52,815 bases of DNA from Candidatus Uhrbacteria bacterium. Lineage in GTDB: Bacteria; Patescibacteriota; Patescibacteriia; UBA9934; GWF2-40-263. Position 1 is the first letter of the stretch. The number at the start of each line of letters is the position of its first letter. Below are positions 18,882-28,571 of the stretch, one piece after another. The stretch is from positions 1 through 52,815 of the forward strand of contig JABMNY010000029.1 of assembly GCA_013204385.1 (NCBI GenBank), in the 5' to 3' direction. The notes beneath the pieces were generated by a model, which did not search any database, was not told the DNA's origin, and saw only the letters and a program-made list of their open reading frames with translations. A program made the position numbers and the translations under genes.

Positions 18882-19541
18882 CTACATGCCTAACCCCTCA
18901 AGGACTTCGATTACACCCTCAAGGCTTTCGAGAACATAATCTGCTTCATCGAAACCTTTTCTTTCAGCAAAGGCGGTTGGAACAGCTATCACAGTACAGT
19001 TTGCTCGCTTTCCAGAAACAGTCCCACTACTTGAGTCTTCGAATACAATGCAATCTGACGGCATGCATTGTATTAAATTTGCTCCTAGTAGATAAGGATC
19101 TGGTTCAGGTTTTCCTTTCGGACTCACTTCTGCAGTCACTCTTATATCAAAATAACTTGATATTCCCAAAAGTTCTAGATTTATCGAGGCATTTTCAGAA
19201 TTCGAGCTCGTTACTAAACATTTCTTATAACCTCTGCTGCTTACCCAACTTAGAAGATCCTTCGCACCTGGCATGAAGTCTATTTCTTTATTGAGTATGT
19301 TTCTGAACCGAATGTAAAATTCTTGCTTGAAATGCTCTTTATCAATTAATAAACCACATTGTTCAACAATATAGCGAGACCAGTAGTCACTTTCTGTACC
19401 GAGAATATTTGAGTGAATCTGATTAGTAAATGTGCCACCATACGCTAAGCAAACTTCTTGAAAAACTTTGTGAGCAACCGTTTCAGAATTGATTAACAAG
19501 CCATCCATATCAAAAAGGAAGCCGATCTTTTCTTTGTTCAT
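18882..19541 (-). CDS. HAD-IA family phosphatase (beta-PGM-like)
   Basis: FDMDGLL, VTSS, KGKPEPDPY and FEDS motifs; visibly AT-rich. Confidence 0.9.
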   Translation of the reverse strand: MNKEKIGFLFDMDGLLINSETVAHKVFQEVCLAYGGTFTNQIHSNILGTESDYWSRYIVEQCGLLIDKEHFKQEFYIRFRNILNKEIDFMPGAKDLLSWVSSRGYKKCLVTSSNSENASINLELLGISSYFDIRVTAEVSPKGKPEPDPYLLGANLIQCMPSDCIVFEDSSSGTVSGKRANCTVIAVPTAFAERKGFDEADYVLESLEGVIEVLEGLGM

Positions 19542-19546
19542 ATATA

Positions 19547-19562
19547 TGTTTCACGTGAAACG
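19547..19562. promoter_or_regulatory. parS site
   Basis: TGTTTCACGTGAAACG matches TGTTTCACGTGAAACA at 15 of 16 positions. Confidence 0.85.
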
Positions 19563-19565
19563 TTC

Positions 19566-19640
19566 TGGTGTCCCTGGAGGGAATCGAACCCCCATCGTCA
19601 GCTTAGGACGCTACCGCTCTATCCGTTGAGCTACAGAGAC
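19566..19640 (-). tRNA. tRNA-Arg(CCT)
   Basis: GTCTCTG/CAGGGAC acceptor stem, anticodon loop gtCCTaa, GGTTCGATTCC, encoded CCA. Confidence 0.93.
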
Positions 19641-19735
19641 ATATTATGTGTCGTAAAATGACTGACCCGAAACCATGTTATACTTATCACAAGGCGACAT
19701 CATAGTACGCCACACCCCATTCACCGTCAAAACTT

Positions 19736-20848
19736 ATGACTACTGAAATTATTCTCGCATTCTCTCTTATTTTAGCTGTTATTCTCTTGATACAGCAGTT
19801 CTTAAAAAAGAAACCCTCCCAAGAAGCCTTTGACCCGCAGCTCTTTAACCTTATTAATGATCTTCGAAAAGAGATTCAAGACACGACAAGTTCCGGACGA
19901 AAAGAAATGGAAGGAAAGCTAGATAACATGCACCAACGACTTGTACAAAACATGCAGGAATCTTCTTCAACATTACAGAAGCATTTTACACATACATCAG
20001 GGATCATTCAGGGGGTCACAGAAAAACTCACAAAATTAGATGAAACCAATAAGCAGGTTTTGAATTTTTCTGAACAGCTTCAAAGTCTTGAAAACATTTT
20101 AAAAAATCCAAAGCAACGAGGAATTCTTGGAGAGTATTGGCTCGAGACACTTCTTAATCAAGTTCTTCCTCCTGGTAATTTCCAAATGCAGTATCAATTG
20201 GGGACTGATGAGAAGACTGGACAAGCTCTCATTCCTGACGCTGTCATCTTTATTAAAGAAATGTTGATACCTATTGACGCAAAGTTCTCACTCGAAAATT
20301 ACAATAAGATTAGCCAAGAAACGGACTCTGCTCGTAGAGAACAACTTGAAAAAGTTTTCAAATCAGATGTAAAAATGCGGATCGATGAAACCTCAAAATA
20401 CATCCAGACACAAAAGGGAACGAGTAACTTTGCGTTTATGTTTGTGCCAGCAGAAGGCGTTTATCATAGCCTTATAAGTGAATCTGTCGGAACAGTACGT
20501 GTAAATTCTCGAAATCTGCTGGAATACGCATTTGAAAAAGGTGTCATGATTGTTTCTCCGACATCGTTTTTTGCCTATCTTCAAACCGTGATTCTTGGGC
20601 TTCGAGCGCTTCAAATTGAAGATTCGGTCAAAGATATTCAAAAACAGGCTGAAAATTTGATGCGTCACATGAAAGCCTATGAAGAACATCACAATAGACT
20701 TGGAAAACACCTTGAAACAACTGTTCGTGCCTATTCAGCATCTTCGGGAGAACTCAGAAAGATTGACAAGGATATTTACAAAATCACTGAAGGAGTGGCA
20801 GGAAAAGAAATGGATCCAACCGAATTGTCCTTCCCAACAATTGAGTAA
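19736..20848 (+). CDS. rmuC: DNA recombination protein RmuC
   Basis: N-terminal TM, coiled coil, RGILGEYWLE, IDAKFS, FAFMFVPAEG, IVSPTSF. Confidence 0.92.
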   Translation: MTTEIILAFSLILAVILLIQQFLKKKPSQEAFDPQLFNLINDLRKEIQDTTSSGRKEMEGKLDNMHQRLVQNMQESSSTLQKHFTHTSGIIQGVTEKLTKLDETNKQVLNFSEQLQSLENILKNPKQRGILGEYWLETLLNQVLPPGNFQMQYQLGTDEKTGQALIPDAVIFIKEMLIPIDAKFSLENYNKISQETDSARREQLEKVFKSDVKMRIDETSKYIQTQKGTSNFAFMFVPAEGVYHSLISESVGTVRVNSRNLLEYAFEKGVMIVSPTSFFAYLQTVILGLRALQIEDSVKDIQKQAENLMRHMKAYEEHHNRLGKHLETTVRAYSASSGELRKIDKDIYKITEGVAGKEMDPTELSFPTIE

Positions 20849-20853
20849 AGCCA

Positions 20854-20881
20854 TTGACAGCCGAGGACATTTCGCTATACT
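20854..20881 (+). promoter_or_regulatory. rpsT promoter
   Basis: TTGACA, 16-nt spacer, TATACT. Confidence 0.6.
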
Positions 20882-20938
20882 ATCCCTGTCTTGAGTCCAA
20901 CATTTGTTAATCTTACATCCAAATTAAAGAGCTAAGTT

Positions 20939-21208
20939 ATGCCAAATCTACAGAATGCAAAGAAGGCGCTGCGCCAAAGCATTAAACGAGGACAGCGAAA
21001 TAAAATTGTAAAAGCAGAAATCCACTCACTTCGCGTAAAAGTTCGAAAAGCTCTTACAGCAAAGAACGTCGAGGAAGCCACCGAGACTGCACGTCTTGTT
21101 GGAAAGAAACTTGATAAGGCTGTTCAAAAGAACGTCTACAAGCGAAATACTGTTGCTCGATACAAATCCCGCATCATGAAAAAGATCAACGCCCTCAAAA
21201 AAGCGTAA
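20939..21208 (+). CDS. rpsT: 30S ribosomal protein S20
   Basis: MPNLQNAKKALRQS...LDKAVQKNVYKRNTVARYKSR. Confidence 0.97.
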   Translation: MPNLQNAKKALRQSIKRGQRNKIVKAEIHSLRVKVRKALTAKNVEEATETARLVGKKLDKAVQKNVYKRNTVARYKSRIMKKINALKKA

Positions 21209-21212
21209 TCAA

Positions 21213-21241
21213 AATAACAGACCCGTACGGGTCTGTTATTT
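21213..21241. terminator. Bidirectional terminator
   Basis: aataacagaccc-gtac-gggtctgttatt. Confidence 0.8.
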
Positions 21242-22215
21242 TATTGAGTCAGTTTTATTGTTGCTAGATCAACGGCCATGTCGGCATTGATTTGGCCTGT
21301 CTTTAACTGATAATCACTCTCAAACAAGAAGTCATGCACGGATTTTAATTGAGCGAGTGAAAATGCTCGAGATTGTGCCAATGCTTTTTGCGCGACAAAT
21401 GGATGGATGTTAAGTGTGTCGGCAAGTTCTTGCTTTGTGGCTTGTGGATGCTCTTCAAGAAGTCCTTTTGCTCCGAGTAAGATGCGTACCTGTCTTCCTA
21501 GCATTGTGAGTAGGTAATGATCGTTTGCTCCGCTCCACCGTTCTTCTTGTAAAAGACGAATTGCCTCCGTAGGACGACGTTGAGAAACCGCATCAATCAG
21601 TTGAAAAATCTTTCCTTCAAAACTCGCACGCACAAGCTCCTCAACCATTGCGATTGAAATCGTTTCTGTATTTGCGTATGCGACGAGCTTCCCAATCTCA
21701 TTATCCATCTGCCACAAGTCTGCTCCAACGCGCTCCACAAGTACTCTGAGTGCACTGACATCGATTGTTCCGCGATGCTCCTTCACTCGATCCTTCACCC
21801 AACTCGTGAGCTCGGAACCTTGAAGTTGTGGAAACGGATAGTGATGCACTTCTGCAACGTCTACGAGTGCCTTGAATAGTGGCTTTTTTTCGAGTGCTTT
21901 AGGTTCCGTGGACTCCCAAAAGATGACAATAGTTGAATCTGGTGTTTTTGTAAAACCATCAATCCAAATTTGCATCTCAGGTTTTTTAACCTGCCCAATG
22001 AGATCTTTTAACACGACCATACGTTTGGTCCCAAGAAAGGGGAGTGCGTGCACAGCTCCCAATATATCCCCCACATCCGCCCCCTTTCTCCCAATAGTCG
22101 AAAACTCGGCAATATTGAGTCCTGTTGAATCAAATTTCTGTCGGAATGTCTTAATCATGAGATGAACTTTCTCAGACGCTCGAAATCCATCATCTCCGTA
22201 AATAAATATCAGCAT
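21241..22215 (-). CDS. holA: DNA polymerase III subunit delta
   Basis: IFIYGDD, LPFLGTKRMVVL, EIGKL, IFQLIDA, IHPFVAQK. Confidence 0.92.
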   Translation of the reverse strand: MLIFIYGDDGFRASEKVHLMIKTFRQKFDSTGLNIAEFSTIGRKGADVGDILGAVHALPFLGTKRMVVLKDLIGQVKKPEMQIWIDGFTKTPDSTIVIFWESTEPKALEKKPLFKALVDVAEVHHYPFPQLQGSELTSWVKDRVKEHRGTIDVSALRVLVERVGADLWQMDNEIGKLVAYANTETISIAMVEELVRASFEGKIFQLIDAVSQRRPTEAIRLLQEERWSGANDHYLLTMLGRQVRILLGAKGLLEEHPQATKQELADTLNIHPFVAQKALAQSRAFSLAQLKSVHDFLFESDYQLKTGQINADMAVDLATIKLTQ

Positions 22216-22218
22216 AGT

Positions 22219-24837
22219 TTATTTCAATTCTCCCCAGTTTGTCCCCGTCTCCACATCAACTACGAGAGGCACGTCGAAGTTTGCCACACTCTCCATCATT
22301 TCTCGAACTCCTTGTACCACGGGAACAACCGCTTCTTTATCGACTTCCAACAAAATTTCGTCGTGCACTTGAAGCAACATCTTTGCGGGCCACTTTGATG
22401 TTTGAAGCCAACCGTCTACGCGCAACATCGCCATCTTCATAATGTCCGCTGCGGTTCCTTGCACTGGCATATTAATCGCCATACGTTCTGCAGAGGCCAC
22501 AAGCATTGGAACTCCTGACTGAATTTCAGGTAAATAGCGTCTACGGCCAAAAAGTGTCTCTACATAACCTTCAGAATGCGCTTTCGCTTTTGTTTCATCC
22601 AAATACGTCCGAATCGCAGAATGAATTTCAAAATAACGTTCAATGAACTCTTTCGCTTCTGTCATGGTGAGTCCTGTTGATTTTGAAAGTGCTCGAGGGC
22701 CCATTCCATACAGCACCCCAAAGTTAATCGCTTTTGCTGCACGTCGTTGTTCCTTGGTCACTTGATCCTCAGAAACTCCCCAAACTTCCGCAGCTGTTCG
22801 TGTGTGAATATCTGCTCCGTCTTGAAACGCTTTGATGAATGGTTCGTCGTGCGCAATGACAGCCGCAAGGCGCAGTTCGATCTGACTATAATCCACGGCA
22901 ACCAACACCTTTCCGCGCGGGACAACAAATGCTTTACGAATCTCTCTTCCTAACTCTGTCTTGATTGGAATATTTTGAAGGTTTGGGTCTGACGAAGAAA
23001 GTCTCCCCGTCGCAGCAACAGTCTGATTAAAGCTTGTATGAATACGACCGTCTTTTGCAACCAACTTTGGCAATGCCTCCACGTACGTCGACTGCAATTT
23101 AGAAAGTTCACGGTATTCTGAAATGAGTGGAATAATTTCATGTGACCCCCAAAGCTTTTCCAACTCAGGAGCGGCAGTCGAGTATCCCGTTTTTGTCTTC
23201 TTAATTCCTTTTGTTGGAAGCAATAATGTCTCAAACAAAATTTCTGCAAGCTGAGAAGGGGAGTTTACATTAAACTCGACCCCCGCAAACCCAATAATCT
23301 TTGTTGTGAGGACAGCAATATTCTTAGCGAGACTCTTTGAAAACACAGCGAGACTCTTTGAATCAAGCTCAATTCCTTGAGACTCCATTTTGTAGAGAAT
23401 AGGAAGCAGAGGCATCTCAATTTCATCAAACACCTTCTCAGCACCCGCCGTCTTCAGTTCTCCACGCATTTTTATTGCGAGTTTTGGCAATCCAGAGACT
23501 ATCTGACCAAAACGTTCATAGTCCTTCTCTTTTGAAAATGTCTCTGGAACTTCTGCACCTGATCGACCAAGCCACGTATGCATGGCTCCCGCAAGATCAT
23601 GTGCGCGAGAACCGGAATGAAGTAGGTACGATGCGATCATCACATCAAAAGCGAGGGGGGTGAGAACAGTACCCATTTCGTGCATGAGCCCTTTCAAATC
23701 ATGGCCGATAATCCCTTTCGATTTTTGAAGCACTTGAACAACGCTTAAAAGCACCGCTTGTGAAGGATTTGGAATCACAAATGTATGCGTTCCATCTGTG
23801 AACCCTACTGCTGCGAGCGTTGCCCCAAACAAGTCGGCTGGTTGCTTTGCGATCAAAACGCCAAGCATTTTTCCATGATCGATTCCTGCCCCTATGAGAG
23901 ACATATCCTTAATCACCTGCACCTGAACTTTCTCCTCCTCACTTTTTTTCACTATCTTTACCTTCTCCTCTTTCTCTCCATGCTTTCGCAAGAGTGACCG
24001 AAACTCAAGATCGCGATACAACTTCATTAACTTCGTCTCGTCAGGCGCCCCTAGCTTTGCAGACTCAAAAGAAAAAGGAAACTTCATATCACGCACAATT
24101 TCAACGAGCTGAAGAGAGAGTTTGATAAGTTCCTCTTGTCCACGCAGTTTCTTCGCGTATTTTTCTTCTATAATATTGATGTTCTCAAGAATCCCTGTGA
24201 TCGTCTGATATTTTTGTAATAAGAGGATTGCCGTCTTTTCTCCAATCCCTGCTAGACCTGGAATATTATCTGATGGATCTCCACGCAATGCTTTATAATC
24301 GATCAATTGATCTGGAGTGAGACCATAACGCTCCTCAACAGCGGCCACGTCATATAATTTTGTTTCACTGATCCCTTTCTTGAACGTAAGAACTTGTGTG
24401 TGCTCATCAACAAGCTGAAGACTATCTAAATCTCCCGTCACAATGAGCGCACGCATCCCAATCTCTCCTGCCATTTTGGAGAGCGTGCCAATAATATCGT
24501 CCGCTTCAAACCCAGGAACCTCAATCGAGGGGATTCCAAATGCGTTAAGAATTTCTTGAATAAGTGGTATCTGATCGTAAAGCTCCTGTTCTTTTTTTTC
24601 ACGATGACCTTTGTAGTCCGCATAAATCTCATTGCGAAATGTTCCACCAGGAACATCCCAAGCAACCGCCATATATTCAGGCTTTTGAAGCTCGATCATT
24701 TTTTCAACAATCATTGTAAATCCGTATGCGGCGTTTACAACAAGACCGTCTTTGGTCGTCAAAGGGGGGATCGCGTGCCAAGCCCGATGAAGCAAGGCAT
24801 TACCGTCTAATAATAGGATCGTTTCTTGATTTTTCAT
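22219..24837 (-). CDS. polA: DNA polymerase I
   Basis: 5'-3' exonuclease (LLDGNALLHRA, EADDIIGT) and polymerase motifs (DYSQIELR, KAINFGVLYG, QVHDE). Start at ATG 24837. Confidence 0.97.
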   Translation of the reverse strand: MKNQETILLLDGNALLHRAWHAIPPLTTKDGLVVNAAYGFTMIVEKMIELQKPEYMAVAWDVPGGTFRNEIYADYKGHREKKEQELYDQIPLIQEILNAFGIPSIEVPGFEADDIIGTLSKMAGEIGMRALIVTGDLDSLQLVDEHTQVLTFKKGISETKLYDVAAVEERYGLTPDQLIDYKALRGDPSDNIPGLAGIGEKTAILLLQKYQTITGILENINIIEEKYAKKLRGQEELIKLSLQLVEIVRDMKFPFSFESAKLGAPDETKLMKLYRDLEFRSLLRKHGEKEEKVKIVKKSEEEKVQVQVIKDMSLIGAGIDHGKMLGVLIAKQPADLFGATLAAVGFTDGTHTFVIPNPSQAVLLSVVQVLQKSKGIIGHDLKGLMHEMGTVLTPLAFDVMIASYLLHSGSRAHDLAGAMHTWLGRSGAEVPETFSKEKDYERFGQIVSGLPKLAIKMRGELKTAGAEKVFDEIEMPLLPILYKMESQGIELDSKSLAVFSKSLAKNIAVLTTKIIGFAGVEFNVNSPSQLAEILFETLLLPTKGIKKTKTGYSTAAPELEKLWGSHEIIPLISEYRELSKLQSTYVEALPKLVAKDGRIHTSFNQTVAATGRLSSSDPNLQNIPIKTELGREIRKAFVVPRGKVLVAVDYSQIELRLAAVIAHDEPFIKAFQDGADIHTRTAAEVWGVSEDQVTKEQRRAAKAINFGVLYGMGPRALSKSTGLTMTEAKEFIERYFEIHSAIRTYLDETKAKAHSEGYVETLFGRRRYLPEIQSGVPMLVASAERMAINMPVQGTAADIMKMAMLRVDGWLQTSKWPAKMLLQVHDEILLEVDKEAVVPVVQGVREMMESVANFDVPLVVDVETGTNWGELK

Positions 24838-24891
24838 GCTTGCAGTGTACCAATCGTCTAATCGAAAAGCCAGGCATGAAGACATGGCTTT

Positions 24892-25653
24892 TTAAACGCA
24901 TACTTTGGCATTCTCCCACACAAGATCAAAGAGCGTTTTGTATGTTGTCGCAACATCACCACTCGCAAGAATGATAATCGTGTTTTCTTTTCGTGTTGTT
25001 ATAAATGCGACTTGATCTGCAAAAATGATAACAGTTGCGGGAAGTTCTATGTCTGCAGGTAAAATCCGAGATTCACGTAATTCGTCAGAGTCCTTTCGAA
25101 TAATATTCATCGCATCCTTTCCGCTTCTAATAAGTTGTCGACTTTTGATTCCACGTTTTTTTCTCTCTTCAACAATACGTTTTACTAAGTATGGCTCTTT
25201 CACGTAGTCCAAAAGACCCGTTCCAGATGTAATCAAACGGTATTCTTGCACTCCTGAATCTAATAATTGTTTCCAGAGGCGCTTGAAACCTTCTGTTCCT
25301 TCGTAAAAAGTCACACCTGGAACTGTATGTGTTGTGTCTTGAAGAAGTTCGAGCTCTGACATGCTTTGTTCAAGCTCTCTTTCTCGTTCCTTCATTTTTT
25401 CCAACAGTCGAGTTGGTGTTTCAGGAAAGTAAACGATTGCAGATTTATTTTTTCCTTCCCGAAATACACCACCCTGCTTTAGTTTTTCTAAAATTGGATA
25501 AAGGGTTGTACGTGGCAATTCTGTTCGACGAGCCAGTTCAAGCACAGTCGAAGACCCCAACTCCAATCCAGCCAAGTACACCTTCGCTTCTTTTTCATCG
25601 AGACCGTACGCCTCGAGACCAGCAATGAGCTCTGGAGGGTATTGCATCTGCAT
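24892..25653 (-). CDS. TrmB-family transcriptional regulator
   Basis: GLDEKEAKVYLAGLELG...LPRTTLYPILEKL winged HTH plus C-terminal sensing domain. Confidence 0.88.
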   Translation of the reverse strand: MQMQYPPELIAGLEAYGLDEKEAKVYLAGLELGSSTVLELARRTELPRTTLYPILEKLKQGGVFREGKNKSAIVYFPETPTRLLEKMKERERELEQSMSELELLQDTTHTVPGVTFYEGTEGFKRLWKQLLDSGVQEYRLITSGTGLLDYVKEPYLVKRIVEERKKRGIKSRQLIRSGKDAMNIIRKDSDELRESRILPADIELPATVIIFADQVAFITTRKENTIIILASGDVATTYKTLFDLVWENAKVCV

Positions 25654-25693
25654 ATACTTTACGATCCCACAGTAATTCTACCTAGTCAAAACA

Positions 25694-25712
25694 TTGTCGA
25701 ACTATTCGACAA
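25694..25712. promoter_or_regulatory. Palindromic operator between the trmB-like and DUF3307 genes
   Basis: ttgtcgaa-cta-ttcgacaa, a perfect 8-bp inverted repeat in a divergent intergenic region. Confidence 0.6.
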
Positions 25713-25790
25713 CACCTATATGCTCTTTTCTACATACTTGCTAAGTTGTAGATAGTCCGATATCCAGTCGGTACTTCAAAGGAGAGCATC

Positions 25791-26129
25791 ATGAGTCTCG
25801 CGCTCCCACTCGTCCGATTTCTCGTCTATATGGCGCTCCATATGATCGGGGACTTCCCATTCCAAAGTCCTTGGATGATTCAAGGAAAGGAGACAAGTTG
25901 GGAAGTGTTGGTCTACCACTGCATGACCTACACTGCGATGTTCGTCCTAGGCCTCCTCCACCCAGAGCTGGCTAGTCACATCACCGTACAAGGACTTGCC
26001 CTCATCTTCGTAAGCCACATCCTCATTGATGCTGCCAAAGCACGATGGAAGTGGATCAAGCAGATCTGGGTCGATCAGCTCCTGCACTTCTCCATGATTG
26101 CTCTGGCAATCCTCCTTGGGTGGATGTAG
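25791..26129 (+). CDS. DUF3307-family membrane protein
   Basis: HMIGDFPFQ, HILID and DQLLH motifs; GGAG RBS. Confidence 0.85.
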   Translation: MSLALPLVRFLVYMALHMIGDFPFQSPWMIQGKETSWEVLVYHCMTYTAMFVLGLLHPELASHITVQGLALIFVSHILIDAAKARWKWIKQIWVDQLLHFSMIALAILLGWM

Positions 26130-26187
26130 ATGATCTACCCACGCCCCGTCTCCTGCAGGCGGGATTTTTCTTTTTGGAATAAAAAAA

Positions 26188-26263
26188 CCCGCGTTCGTTC
26201 AGCACCCTTCAGAGGGGGTAAGCTGTGCGAAACGCGGGGGAGCAACGCTCACCGTGTGGAGCG
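26188..26263 (-). repeat. Conserved double-hairpin 3' element downstream of high-GC gene (copy 2)
   Basis: cccgcg...cgcggg stem (26188-26238) followed by T7 on the minus strand, plus a cgctc/gagcg hairpin. Homologous to 1-76. Confidence 0.75.
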
Positions 26264-26279
26264 AGGCTCAGTTGTAGGC

Positions 26280-27171
26280 CTAGGAGGCCTGGGCGAAGGC
26301 CTGGGCGTAGTTGCCGGTGGCCTGGTTGCGGGGGACGGCCTGGACCTTCCAGCTCTCGTCGTTCCCACTGACCAGGACCAGGTGGCCGTTGGTGTTGCCG
26401 GTGGCGGTGATGCCGGGGATCACGACCTCCTCGCTCTGGAAGGTCCCGCCGTCGACGACCTGGAAGTCGGTGTCGAGGATGGTCATCTGACCGTCGGAGA
26501 CGACGGAGAGGGCGTGGCCAAGGCCGGTGTCGGCGCGGACCAGGTAGCTGTGCTTGTCGATTTCGACGGTCTCGAGCTCGTAGCCATCGGTGATGACTTC
26601 GTTGAGCTTCTTGGCGTCGAGGAGCGTATCGACCAGGTCGTTGGCGGGGACGATGGCGACGTGGTTGTCGCGCAGGATGCCGTAGTTCTCGTCGGTCGAG
26701 AGCTGGACGCTGGTGAATCGCAGGTTGGCGAAGCTCCAGTTGCCGTCCATGTCCTCGGTCAGGACCAGGGTGTTCCAGCGGCCGTAGAGCTGCTGACCCT
26801 CGTCGATGATGCCGATCGCCGCGGTGGCGAACTGCTTGGTGCCGGTGCTGTCCATGTAGGCCTTGATGGTCTTGCCGAGGCGGGTCGCCTTGAGGCTGTC
26901 CATCCCGCGGGTCGACTGGAGGCGGACCACGTAGATGCTCTTGGCGCCGAGATCGGCGGGGATGAACTTGAAGGGGATCTGGATGGCGTCCATCAGCTCG
27001 ATCTTGCCGTCCTTGCGGGGGCCGTGCTCGGCGCTGAACTCCACCGTCTCGAAGTCCTTGTCGAAGGCCATGCGCTGGATGGCGTCGGGGGTCATGCCGT
27101 CGTTGGTCTTGCCGTAGTCGTTGCCGGGGGGTCACGAAAGCCAGGAGGCTCAGGATCAGGGTCGGGTTCAT
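26280..27171 (-). CDS. High-GC secreted hypothetical protein, frameshifted at a C6 tract after the signal peptide
   Basis: ATG 27171 gives MNPTLILSLLAFVTP. The main frame (GNDYGKTNDGMTPDAIQ...) is joined if the run at 27126-27131 has 5 bases rather than 6. Confidence 0.7.
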
Positions 27172-27284
27172 TGGAACTTCTCTCTTTTGGGGTGTCCTTA
27201 GGCGTTTTTTTTGATTGCCTTTCGGACGGGATACCGGTTGGTGCGAACCGGTCACGCTGTCACTCAACTGAGCGAACGAGCGAA

Positions 27285-27313
27285 AGAGTATCAGAGGGGG
27301 AAAATTGCGTCAA
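27285..27313 (-). promoter_or_regulatory. Sigma70-type promoter of the high-GC gene
   Basis: TTGACG (27313-27308), 17-nt spacer, TACTCT (27290-27285). Confidence 0.55.
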
Positions 27314-27373
27314 GTGATTATTCCCAATACAACTAAACGAAACGGCTATCGACTAATGATACAATACTCAAGT

Positions 27374-28459
27374 ATGAAAAATATTTTGGCACTTTTGGGG
27401 ATTATTGGACTGCTTATTGCCCTGTTTGCCGGGGCGATCTGGGCGGGATCGAGAATGATAGACTCAAAGGCAAATTCAGAAACCCAAACATCGCAGAACA
27501 CAACCACAGAAGAGGAACTCCCTCATCTTGGAACATTCCCTCCTATAGAAGGGATTGCTTCTTGGATCAATTCAGAAGAACTTTCATCTGAATCGCTCAA
27601 AGGGAAGGTGGTGCTCATCGATTTTTGGACGTACTCCTGTATCAATTGCATCCGCACATTTCCGTACTTGCGTGACTGGTGGGAAAAGTATGAGGACGAT
27701 GGTCTTGTCATCATCGGAGTGCATGCCCCAGAATTTGAGTTTGAAAAAAGTCGAGAGAATGTGCTAATCGCCGCAGAAAAATACGGACTGGCGTATCCGA
27801 TTGCGCTCGATAATGATTTCGTAACTTGGAAGAATTTCCGCAATCAGTACTGGCCTGCAGAATATTTGTTTGATCAATCAGGAGAGTTGCGCTACTTCCA
27901 TTTTGGAGAAGGACACTACAATGAAACGGAACGTGCGATCCAAACACTCTTGAATGTGAAAGCAGAAATGACAGAAGAGGACCTTCCCAATTTTGCTGGC
28001 ATCAAATCTCCAGAAACCTATTTCGGTTGGTGGAGGGCGGAACGATTCGCAAGCCCAGAAGGAATCGTAACTGATCTCACAACAGACTACTCATTTCCTG
28101 ATTCAAACCGTAGCAACGAATGGGCACTTGAAGGAGCATGGACCATTAACGAAAAATATAGTGAAGCAAACTCATCTGGAGCACGATTCCGATTCACGTA
28201 CAACGCAAGCATCGCAAACCTCGTCATGGCAACACGTGATGGAGTGATCCAAGACGTTGTTGTAAGGCTTGATGGGGAAGTGGTGTCACCTGACCTGCTT
28301 GGAACCAATTTAGTAGTTGATGAGCTCACTGAACAGACATTCGTCCAAGTCGAATTCTCTCAACTCTATGAACTCATAGATGGTGATCCTGCAGTTCACA
28401 CGCTTGAGATAGAAACACTCGAACCAGGACTTCAAATCTACGCCATTACATTTGGATAA
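27374..28459 (+). CDS. Membrane-anchored thioredoxin-like protein (DipZ C-terminal type)
   Basis: IDFWTYSCINCIRT, GVHAPEFEFE, NQYWPA, SPETYFG, C-terminal YAITFG. Confidence 0.9.
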   Translation: MKNILALLGIIGLLIALFAGAIWAGSRMIDSKANSETQTSQNTTTEEELPHLGTFPPIEGIASWINSEELSSESLKGKVVLIDFWTYSCINCIRTFPYLRDWWEKYEDDGLVIIGVHAPEFEFEKSRENVLIAAEKYGLAYPIALDNDFVTWKNFRNQYWPAEYLFDQSGELRYFHFGEGHYNETERAIQTLLNVKAEMTEEDLPNFAGIKSPETYFGWWRAERFASPEGIVTDLTTDYSFPDSNRSNEWALEGAWTINEKYSEANSSGARFRFTYNASIANLVMATRDGVIQDVVVRLDGEVVSPDLLGTNLVVDELTEQTFVQVEFSQLYELIDGDPAVHTLEIETLEPGLQIYAITFG

Positions 28460-28571
28460 AAATAATCGAGGGGAACCTCGATTTTTCATTCCAGATCCAT
28501 TGACTTTTTTCCATATAATTGCTTGAATCCTAGAGCTGCGAGTAGTCATTCCCTCTATTGGAGTTGAAGTC

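Noticed and set aside
26130-27317. 395-aa plus-strand ORF and 352-aa Arg/Pro-rich minus-strand ORF (26209-27267)
   Set aside because: These are shadow or alternative frames of a high-GC gene. Only the signal-peptide part of the 352-aa frame appears real.
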